DNA of 64,000 nucleotides from the NCBI GenBank assembly GCA_964016885.1, contig OZ024740.1:259656001-259720000 (forward strand). The letters are read 5' to 3'. The position numbers were made by a program, and so were the translations under genes. The notes under the pieces were generated by a model that had not been told where the DNA came from, searched no databases, and saw only the letters and a program-made list of their open reading frames with translations. This DNA comes from Eledone cirrhosa (taxonomy: Eukaryota). This document shows, piece by piece, positions 11,001 through 23,000 of the stretch; the stretch's first letter is position 1, and each line of letters opens with the position of its first letter.

Positions 11001-14000
11001 CCCTCCACCTGGTCTCTTGAATACAACAAACATCGACCTCCTTACGTTCGAGCATTTCTACAACCTCGTTAGAGCGACCCTTTAAGGTGCCTACATTTAT
11101 GGTACCAACTCTGAAGTTTTGGATTGCGTTTGGAGGGTGGGAGTGGTGGGGAGTGGGGGGGAGATGGGGTTATGTTAGCCATCCGCGGCCGAAACAAAGA
11201 GGAGTGCTCGCATTCTCGTCCACGAGGTGAATTTGTCTTTATCTTTGGCATTGTCGCTGAGCGTCCAGATTTTTCTCTCTCTTCCACTCTCCAGGATTCC
11301 GTAGTCCATCCATCCATCATATATCGAAAGGCAACCAGGCAAGCGATAGTATAGGCCTCTGGCTTATGATTGATCCACGTAATAATAATGGTGGTGCGAT
11401 AGTAGACTGTAAATATAGTAGAGAGTCTAGGCCCGACAGCTGAGCTCTTGCCATTTCTGAAACTTTCTGTTGAAATGGCAAGAGCTCAGCCTTTAGGCCC
11501 TGACTCTTTACTATATATATATATAAATGTATATGTATAAATATATATATATGTATATATGGTGATGATAAAAGAATGTTAGTTTACTTACCGAACAATA
11601 CCAGCACTTAGTCCTCCAGCAATAACATTCACAGATCGTCCTTCAGCAGCACTGGAGTAAGCAGCACACAGAATTCTATCTTCACAGTTATGTACAGCCA
11701 CCAGTTGTGCATTGATTGTATGTAACATCATAATACTGCCAACATCTGTGATGGAAATAATGGTATAGTGGTAGCTTAATGGTGTAGTTGTGGGTAGGTC
11801 ATTTGGAACGCATATCTAACATGTATGTCCTCAAAGCAACACTTTGTTCTGGGTTGGCTGGGTGCTCTGAGGAAAAGGTGCTGCAATTAACTGAGACAAT
11901 TTCTCAAACTGTACAAGAGTTCCTAAGCCTAATGAACATAATTGACTTGTGACAATCAATACCTATTGGTGGTCAATCACTCTTGCCAAAGTAGAGGCTC
12001 TCCAAGTATGTCCACATCTTGGATAAAAAGACTAACACATACAATAGCAAGCCTCTATATCTGCACACACGTCTCATACTGGCCTGCACGTGCACATATG
12101 CACATACACATGAACAATGATGAGAAGGTCATCGTTGACAACAAGTGATGGCCAAACCAAGCTAAAAACTACAAACATATTCATATCCACCATATGTGAA
12201 TGTTACAGTAGTGAAATGATAGAAGTTATAGAATCAATATTTACCAGAAGAACTTATTGTGACAATATCACCAAGCGTTTCACTGATAGCAATGGTGTTT
12301 ACACTACATGTGTGTCCTTCAATAGAACGTACGTACGACAACCTGTAGTAATAGAAAGAGAAACATGAAAAGTAGAAAACAGTGAAACATTGCAGAGAAG
12401 ATTCTTTAAATAGACAAAAATAGATTCTTTTATTTTCAAATTGTGAAGAAGATCTAAGAAAACTGAACCTGATGACGGGGACAATGCATGACTGAGCTGA
12501 CTGGTGAGAAGCCATAACAAGAAATATGTCCAACAGTACAAGTACTGCGACATTAAAAGTAAATGTGGTGGGAGGCCAGAATCTACAGTGTTCAGTTGTT
12601 GAACAAAGTCAATATAGGATCCATGAAGATTCTTCAGTTGGGATGGTGCCATGATAAAGGCACCTAGTCCACTCTGTAAGGTGCTTGGTGTTAGGATGGT
12701 GCTTTTTTATTGTGTCACCAATATGATCACTTTACAGTGTGGATTGGACGCTTTTTGTAGTGTCACCAACATGACCACTTTACAGGGTGGACTGGATGCT
12801 TTTTATCACGACATAAAAATTACCACTTTGCAGTGTGCACTGGACACTTTTTGTCATGACACCAACATGACCACTTTACAGTGTGAACTGGGTGCTTTTT
12901 GCTATATATGAAGTATATATTTTAAATGTTGTAACTTACCGGTTCAAATCCCAGATGATACAAAGACCATCTTCACTAGCACTGACAAAAATACTGTAGG
13001 CTTTACACACATTAATTGTGGTTATTGGACAAGAATGACCATAGAGTTGTTTTTTGTGTCCTAATACTTGTAGGTGAGATTTCTGTGGGGAGAAAAAAAA
13101 CAGAAAGACATAAATAACTCAAAATATATAGCTGAATATATATATTATTTATCATCATCAACATCATCACATTATCACTACCATCAGATAGAGCTGCTAC
13201 TTCTCCAAATTGAGAGATCACAGCTACGATACTATGGGTTACAATGTCTCAGAAAAGAATTGCTGGACAGATTTTACAGGCAAATTCAACTGGAAGGAAA
13301 CTCAGGGGTAGGCCCTGAGCCAGATGATTGGATAACATCCATGAGCTCGGCTGGTCTCATTTGGGGATCTAGCCAGATCAATTAGAGTATTGGAGATAGT
13401 TACTCTGGACAGGACCCTCTGGGACACATGCTTGAGAAATCTGTCCCCATGACTCTCTCAGGAAAAAGTGGGCAAAGAAGAAGAAATTATATTAGAGAGA
13501 GAATTTATTCAGATAAAAAAGAATAAAATTCTTTGTGGAACCTTGATTAAAACTAATTTAATTTTGATAACTATATTGCTTAGTGAAGGCGCATGGCTTA
13601 GTGGTTAGAGCAATAGGCTTGCAATCGAAAGGTTGTGAGTTCAATTCTCGGACTGGGTGATGTGTTGTTTCCTTGAGCAAGACACTTTATTTCACATTGA
13701 TCCAGTTTACTCAGCTTAAAATAGTACCAGCAATAGCTGGAGGTTTAACCCTGTGATGGACTGGCGTCCTGTCCAGAGGGGAGTCTTGTACTCTCAGTCG
13801 CTTCACGCCATGAAACCGGGATAAGCACCAGCCAAATGAGCCTTCTGGCTTAAGACAGACATTAGACTTACGGCCTGCCCACCTAGTCAGTGGGATGGCG
13901 TCATCGTATGGCTAAAAACAGCACGTGCTGTGACCAGCTGCGCCGAATGGCGCCCGACAGACTGGTCGGTCAAGGTGATCAAGGTGATATTGCTTAAAAT

Positions 14001-17000
14001 AGTACAAACCTTGACACTGCTTCACTACCCTACCCCAATATACCCAGCTGTCCCCTGGGTACAAAATATGACACACCCTTCCCTACCCTACCTCCAATAT
14101 ACCCAAGTATCACTTACTTACCCCATCCTACCCCCACATGTAGCCAGGTGTCACACCTACCTTTGCTGTATTGTGTAAAGTGGTGTAGACAGTTATAACA
14201 CCAGCTCTACCACCAATGAACAACAGACGGCAGTCAGGAACAGATGCTATGCAGGTTGTCTGAAAATAGAGAAGACGACACTGGTATAGTAGAGGTGACA
14301 GTGAGGGAAAGTGGTGGAGGGGAAGTGATAGTGTTATAGTAGGGAAGACAGGAGAGGGGGGGAGGAGGGGCAGTGGGGGAGAACAGCTTTATTGACAGTG
14401 GGGGAAGAGGGAAGTGGAGGAGGAGGGACAGTGGTAGATCCCATCACTAAAACCAACAGAAAAGATGCAATAATCATGACCATAGAATGTGAATCATTGA
14501 GAGTGAGGAGAGAAACAGAGAGAAAGAGTGAGAGAATGATAAATAGAGAGAAAGAGTGAGAGAATGATAAATAGAGAGAAAGAATGATGGAAGGATAGAG
14601 ACAGAGTAAGAGATAAATAGATATACAATGAGAGAGAGAAAGAGAGAATAAGAGATAAATAGATATACAGTGAGAGAGAGAGAGAGAGTGTGTGTGTGTG
14701 TGTAAACTAACCTGATCATAAGGACTGACTTGAAGAAAATTGACAGGACTTCTATCTGGGTTATTTGTAATACGAAGTATACCATCAGGATGTTTCCAAC
14801 TAAGGATAGCAGCCCATATCACATCAGTGGTATTGATACCAATAACACCTAAAACACAACATTCAGATGGTTAACAGATGGGAAATATATGTTTGCTTTA
14901 TAACTTAGCTAATTTCATCATCATCATTTTACAATAGGTAGCAATGGTTACACAGATTCCTGTGACTCTCTGTCGCCATCCAAATCTATTGTTCATCATA
15001 TTGGCAGTTTATGTCATCACAAACCTGTTTGATATGCGTCTTGGCTTGTCGTCCTCTGCTAGCTCTTCCTTGTGTAGGTTCCCACAAAATAACTTCGCTA
15101 ACAGTTTCATCTTTAGCTCTCAAGCAATAACCTTACAAATCTGACTGTATGCTCTTTGATAATGTCTAATACTGGACGAAGGTTGCCACCCTGCCTGGAA
15201 TACGGCAAAGTTATGGGGCTGCAGCATGGCAGATTATGAAGAGGCTGTGGAAGAGCTTAACAGAACTAGCAGTGCTTTTCACAATGATGCTGAGCAGAGG
15301 AATCCTAAAAGATCAACAGTCAGGATCAACAAGCTTTATCAAGAAAGGTAGTGCAACACATCACTAGGGGAGGCATTCATGGTTGTGTAATCAGCTAAGG
15401 AAACATTCATTATCATTTAACATCTGTTTTTAATAAAGGTTAGCTTTCGAAAATGGTAGATTAAAAAAACAAAACATATAGCACTGAAGAATTACCTCGG
15501 TCTTTGCTACACATAGTTAGAAGACAGCTTTCATTTCGGATGCCAAATACCTCTCCTGTCTGGAGGGCAATAAGTTTAACAGCAGCAACAGATCTAGTCT
15601 CTTTCCGGTGTATCACAGCTGGAGCGGGGCAGTCTGGAGAACCAACATAGTCTCCCCAGTTTAAACCTTTTACACAACTTAAACTGGAGATCTGTAACAG
15701 AAAACAGCAGAGAAATTTTACACAGATTTCACATCTAAACTATAATACAGTAAGGAGTAATATATTTTTTTATCTCGTTTGTAAAAGTTGGATTACTTTG
15801 AATAAATAATGAATGAATATTACATAATTTATCTACTAAATTTCGTTATTCTTGATTAAATATAAATAATTTTGTTATTTTAAGATTCACTTCTTTAAAA
15901 TTTTCAAATGTCAAAACTTTCGGTTAGCGATCGCTTAAATAAACATTCATATATTTCCGTCACTAATTTTCTCCTAATGCAGTTTATATATAATATCGTC
16001 TTTTTTTAATATATCATGGATTACGTTACTGATTACATAAGAGAGTGTAACACAGTTTTTGTTCAATTTCTCTGTACATTGTCAATTATGATTTTATTTG
16101 ATGTATCATATCTACATGTATATATACCTGCGTATAATATCAATATGCACACTACACATGCCAGCAGAAAACCACCCTAAGGGTGGTTTTTCTGCTAGTG
16201 TATATAATTACACATTTAATATTTGGAACACAGAAAACAATAGGGAAATATTGCATAGTTGTTACATATATATATATATATATATATATAGGCTTGCCAA
16301 GCAACCAAACAAAGGGTCGGGAGGACCCTTCAGTTGTGTCAAGGGCATGATAACTTCTCTAGTGTTAGTGAGAGGAAGGGCATCCACTCATAGAAATCTT
16401 GCCAAACAAAGGGTTGGGAGGACCCTCAGTTGTGTCAAAGGTATGACAATATAAATAGATCTTTTGTTTCTTTCAATCATAAATATTCTAGTTGTCCAAC
16501 CAATTGAACCACTAACTCAGTGAATTATAGTACAAGTGGCTGAGTATTCCAAACAAACATACACACACAATCAAGAGAACACAAAGAAAACTTACCATCG
16601 TTGTGGGTTTGCCAACATTTGCTAAACTAGGAAATATCTGTGTGAGAAGATAGGGAGGTAGTTGTGGATGTGGTGTACGTAGCAGTTGTTTAGGGGTCTG
16701 ACCATACGTTTTGATCATGGTTATCAAGGCTTGACGGTGGACTGGGTCCTTCTCACTGTCAACATCAACACCAAAGTAAGTCTGAAGAAAAAGAAGAAAC
16801 AAACGTAAGAATCAGGGGAGATATCCAACAGTAGAGAGTACTGTTGGTGTGTGGTAGGGGGAATGTTGGGGATACAGCAGTCACACAGTGAGTGAGAGAG
16901 CAGTCACACAGTGGGTGAGAAGGCAGTCACACAGTGAGTGGGAGTGCAGTCACAGTGAGTGGGAGTGCAGTCACACAGTGAGTGGTGGGAAGTCACACAG

Positions 17001-20000
17001 TGAGTGGGAGGGCAGTCACAGTGAGTGGGAGGGAAGTCACACAGTGAGTGGGAGTGCAGTCACACAGTGAGTTGGAGGAAGTCACACAGTGAGTGGAAGG
17101 GCAGCCACACAGTGAGTGGGAGAGCAGTCACACTGAGTGAGAGAGTAGTCACACAGTGAGGGGGGAGTCACACAGTGAGTGGGAGGGCAGCCACACAGTG
17201 AGTGGGAGGGCAGTCACACAGTGAGTGGGAGGGCAGTCACACAGTGAGTGGGAGTGCAGTCACACTGAGTGAGAGAGTAGTCACACAGTGAGTGGGAGAG
17301 CAGTCACACAGTGAGTGGGAGGGTAGTCACACAGTGAGTGGGAGTGCAGTCACACAGTGAGTGGGAGTGCAGTCACATATAGTGAAGGAAATCTGGAGAG
17401 TAGTAACTCTTAATAAAGATATGATGTTCACAATATGGTGGGGATGGTGTGATGGTCAAGGTGTGGTGGGGATGGTGTGATGGTCAAGGTGTGGTGGGGA
17501 TGGTGTGACGGTCAAGGTGTGGTGGGGATCGTGTGATGGTCAAGGTGTGGTGGGAATGGTGTGACGGGGATGGTGTGACGGTCAAGGTGTGGTGCGGATA
17601 GTATGATGGTGAAGGTGTGGTGTGGATGATACGATGGCCAAGGTATGGTGTGGATGATATGATGGCCATGGTGTTGTGTGGATGGTATGACAGCTAAGGT
17701 ATGGTGGGGATGGTATGATAGTCAAGGTGTGGTGTGGATGGTGTGATGGTGAAGGTGTGGTGTGGATGGTATGATGGTGAAGGTGTGGTATGGATGGTAT
17801 GATAGTCAAGGTGTGGTGTGGATGGTGTGATGGTGAAGGTGTGGTATGGAAGTATGATGGTCAAGGTGTGGTATGGAAGTATGATGGTGAAGGTATGATA
17901 TGGATTGTATGACTGAAGGTGTAGTGTGGATGGTATAATGGTCAATATATGGTGTGGATGGTATGATGGTCAAGATGTGGTGTGGATGGTATGATGGTCA
18001 AGATGTGATGTGGATGGTATGATGGTCAAGAAATAAAGAAAAGTCAACTCACAGCAGGATGAAAGACATTAATGGCTTGGACAGCAGAATCTCCTTGTTG
18101 TTTGTAACCATAAACCAAGTTAATCCAACGGTGGATATTTTCCGAGACATACGGAGATTCCAAAGCTTGTCGATGAATCAGAACAAACAACCGTGCATTG
18201 CCCTGGCACCAACTTGGAAGCTGGACATCCCACACAAGGTCACCAGTTTGTTTCGTTCCAAAATCAAATCCTAAAAAACAGAGAAACCAAATTCAAAAAT
18301 GAGACATTTTAAAGTTTAAAATCCTGAACCGCATGAATCCATATTATTAGCATATTTTTTTAATTTTACAAAACATCACTATGAATGCATCAGCTTAAAG
18401 TCTTTACCCTAATACTGCAAATTTTCACAATGATCTGTCCATTAGTAAATAAACTTTTGAACAGACAAACCACATGAAACCACAGTAGCGAAATATTCTT
18501 GAAAAATACAAAGCAGTGTTATGATTGCAAGACATTAGAAATTAACTGCAAATTTTCACAATGATCTGTCCCTTAAAGATACTATAAACTTTTGAATCAA
18601 AAGGCCATGATGTTAAGAGTTAAACTTTTAACACATGACTGATGTTTTACAAAGGACATAAGCCGAGCCTGTGTCTGGGTATTTAACACTCTAGGTTAAC
18701 TCTACAATGTCAACCTGGGTATTTAACACCTTAGACTAACTCTATAATGTGTACCTAGGGATTTAACACCTTAGGTTAGCCATACAATATGGACCTGGGT
18801 ATCTAACAATCTTAAGTTAACCCTCAATGTCTACCTGGGTATTTAATACAATGGTTGAGAGGTTAAGATGTTAACCCTTTAGCATTTAAACTGGCTGTAT
18901 CCGGCCAGAATTCTCTCACCTCTTTCTGTTTAAACCAGCTACAAATTGCTGCTTATACTTATGTTAAGGTATTGTTCTCAAAATGAATAATATCAAAATT
19001 GCATAGATTTGATATTATGTGAGATAATTATGTAAGATAAAGCCTTTACCATGAAAATATAAGTGTAAATATAGAGTAATGTAAATGCTAAAGGGTTAAA
19101 ATATTGACCACAGGATCGTAAGTTCAAATCTTATGGCTGTGTAGTTAGAAAGTTAACTTAACAATCTCATGGGTTTGAGTCATGCAATGTCTTTTACTGT
19201 AGCCTCAGGTTAGCCCAAGTCTTGTGAATGAAACTGGGTAGACAGAAACTCTGTAGAAGCCCAAATACTGAGAGACATTTTGTCCTATCTTCTAATGATT
19301 TTGCCAATTTGTCATCTGTCACCTGTACATTTCTAATTAGTAACAAAATTGTTTAGATAGTTCATACCTTCTGAGTTAATAAACATCTCTGGCTGGAAGA
19401 AAAACTCTGGAATAAGTTCTTTAACATCACTTATTGATTGATAACTGGACAGTTTCCACGTAACAGCCATGTTGTGAAATGTTCGGTCTGGCAGATCAAA
19501 GTGGTTGTCTGTAAGGAGAATAGGTTATTAGCAATTTATACATATATCTGCTCTATCTTTCACACATACATTCAGTATTTAACTTATCTCTAAGTCTAAA
19601 GTCTGTTGTGAGCCCAGAGGCTCCTCAGGTTGGTGCTTATCCTAGTTTCCTTGGTGTTAAGCAACTGAGAGTACAATACTACCCCTGAACAGAATGTCAG
19701 TCTCATTATTCCAGTGTTTTGTGCACATTAATATGGTGGAGCTCCTCTAGGTCTGAAGACAGTCTATTTCTGTTAGTCTGTGAGGGAGAGAGGGGTGAGA
19801 GGGAGAGGATTGAGAGGGAGGTAAGAAAACAAGAGACAAAGAGATATAGAGGAAGAATTAACCCAGTAGTGAACTGGTACTTCATTTATTGACCTTGAAA
19901 AGACGAAAAGCAATGTTGAACTTGGTGAGATTTGAACTCTCACCTTTAACATGAATGTTAAAGTGTCCTCTATTACAGCTGCGACCATCTAATACACCAC

Positions 20001-23000
20001 TCCCATCTATCAAAAAGACCCACAACACCCACATAATACACGCTCCCCACTCCTAGAACATGTCAAGAATTGATCGTAACTTAACTGAGCTCATCATCAT
20101 CATCACCACCATTACCACAATCATCACCACCATCATCATCATCATCATCACTATCATTATCATCATACATACACTTCCTATACTTGCATAGATTGGACAA
20201 ATTGTCATGGTCCAAGATTAGACAAGTCAGGGAATCACATTTTGGTCATATGTTGGATGCCCTTCCTACCCACTTTACAGTGTGCTGGGTTCATTTTACC
20301 ATGGCATTAGCACTACCACTTTACAGAATGTATTGGGTGCATTTTATCATGGTACCAAAACTACTAGTTTACAGAGTATATGAAATGCCTTTTACTATGG
20401 CATTAGCACTACCAGTTTAAAGGCAGAACCTAACAGAATAAAGATTTTTGAGAAATTATCAAAAGCTGAAAAACCAGAATGAGTGGCTGAACTGAAATAA
20501 ATTGTATGACATGGAATAAAGACGAAGGGCTTACCTTGGAAGCTGAGGAACATTTTGGTAAAAGGAGGTAAACGAACTAAAAAATGCAAAACTGTTCCAC
20601 TATTTGAGTAATGGCTACCATAATGGTATGGCGCCACACGGTAGAATGTCTCATCATTCTTGGACAGGAATTTCTCATATTCTTGCTTTAAATACTGAAA
20701 CATAACATTTCAAAGTATAACAGTAAAATCTGAAGAAACTAGGAAAATGTCAGCAAACAGTAAGTATATTGTTATACTTTGGGATGGTCATGCTGCAAAT
20801 AAAAACACGTACTTATTGAGTTTTACTTCGATTTATTATTATAATTTCTCAGTCAGTTAGTTTAAAAACAGGATGGTTGTTTAGTTGTTGATTGTCATCA
20901 AAGCTCTTTTGGCACACATTCTGTGACCTCCTCAGTTACTATTTTTGCTGTTATTTTGTGTCTTTCCTTAGTTCTGTCCTACACTATTTTTATTGGCAGC
21001 ATGACCATCCCAAAGTATAACAATATCTGTTTCAACACAAGTTTTCAGATAAAAAAAATCTTTCAAAACAAATACAAAAATGCCTTAAGTACATTTTCTT
21101 TTCAAGGAGGGCAGAACAGTATTATAACCCTTTTCAGGGTCACCAAAACTGTTGGGAGAGGGGAAGGAGGCATTTAAAACCAGAAATCTGTCCTGTATAC
21201 TTACAACATAGTGGATTCCGTTTAAGGCAGAGAAGAGCTAGGTGGTAATGTTAAATTAAGTAATGGTTTAAGTCTACTACCTAAGCAGACCATGGCAGGA
21301 TTTGAACTTAAAATGCAAAAAGTCAGAATATAGACTACATTTTGTCCTATGCTTTCACAGTGCTGCCAATTACCCACAATTAACTCAATGTCCTGAACCA
21401 CATGAAACCACATTGGCAAGGCATTCTTTAAAAATACAAAGCAGCACTATGACTGCATAACATTAACCCTTAATCCAACAATGATTTAGCAGATAATAGC
21501 TAAAAATTAGTTTGTTGATTCAAATATTTCTAGTATCTTTATTATGAACAGATCATTGAAAATTTGAGTAAAATGTTTTATTTTCGATGTCATGATAGTT
21601 TTGTACTTTTCAAGCACGTCTTGCCAATGTTGTTTCATATATAGGACATTATGAGTGAAATATATGAAAACAACATTTAACACAACACCCAGCAGTCGAA
21701 ATGAGGTTCCTCTGAAAGGTCTTTGGAATAACGTTACTCAATAGTATGCATAGCTTAGAGATCAGACAGTTGCTCCGGATAGAGCTGCTACTTCTCTGAA
21801 TTGAGAGATCTCAGTTCTGATACTATGGGTATGTGGTAAGAATGTCTCAGGAAAGAATCACTGGACAGATTTTACATGCAAAACCAACTGGCAGGCAACC
21901 CAGGGGTAGACCCCAAGCAAAATAGTTGGATAACATTCATGAGCTTGGCTGGTCTTGAGGATCCAGCTGGATCCAGCTGGAGATGGTTGCTTCTGAAATG
22001 ACCCACAAGAAGGAGTGTTTGAGGACCCTGTCCCGCGACCCTCTCAAACAACAACAACAACGAGAAGGAGAAGAAGAAGAAGAAGAAGAAGAAGAAGAAG
22101 AAGAAGAAGAAGAAGAAGAAGAAGAAGAAAAATCAAATATTAAAGTTGTTATTCAAATGTTCACGAACATTTGTCCACTAATAAAGATATTATAAGCATT
22201 TGGATTAAGGAACCTGTTTTGGGACTTTTTTTTTTTATTGAATCATTACAAGATGTTCAGAATTAACCACAGTGAAGATGCACCTATCACCACAACCTAA
22301 GAAAACAGTAGCTGTTTCTCTTCCTCCTTACTCTTGAATCAAAATATCAAAATAAGGATCTACCTGATAATTTTCTATGTATTTCTTCTCTCTAGACTTG
22401 TCCTGCACTGCAATGGGCTTTGATAGGTCTCTGTAAAATATTGGATATATATATAGATATATAAATAGTATAGGTGGTTTAGTGAATTACATTTTAAGCC
22501 TGGCAGAGCCCATCTCCAGATCTGAATACAACAGATTTCTTCCAGAGAAGGAAAGAGAGTGAGAAAATGGAAGTGAGAAAGATATATAGAAGAAGAATCA
22601 ACCCCAGTACTGGACTGGTACTTTTTTCATTGACTTCAAAAGGATAAAGGGAAAAGTTGACAAAGGCAGGATTTGAACTGAGAGATTTTCATTTTGAAAA
22701 TTAATCAATAGACATAGGCAGTGTATTTCATTAGAAATATAGTAACAAAAGGGTTAAAGGCATAGGCAGTGTATTTCATGAGAAATATAGTAACAAACAT
22801 GTTAAAGAATGCTTCTAAGATGTACCTACCTATATAAGGACTGATTAGACAAATCTAATTCATCATTTTCATAATTTCTGATAATAAATGGGAAGATAGG
22901 ATATTGCATAAGGTCATTGAACGATCGTCCAGCGATTTTGTTCAACAGGGTCAAATATTCAAAGTTAGTCATGCGTCCACTTCCCCACAGTTGTTGGATA

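Noticed and set aside
11165-11240. HDV-like ribozyme at the RTE 5' end (GGATGGCTAA on the minus strand)
   Set aside because: Some RTEs carry such ribozymes, but I could not build the P1/P2/P3 pairings by eye; needs a descriptor search
13586-13660. tRNA gene
   Set aside because: A/B boxes present but no complete cloverleaf, and it runs into a SINE body; same for 6303 and 32557
21983-22195. Poly-Glu ORF
   Set aside because: (GAA)n tail of an RTE fragment
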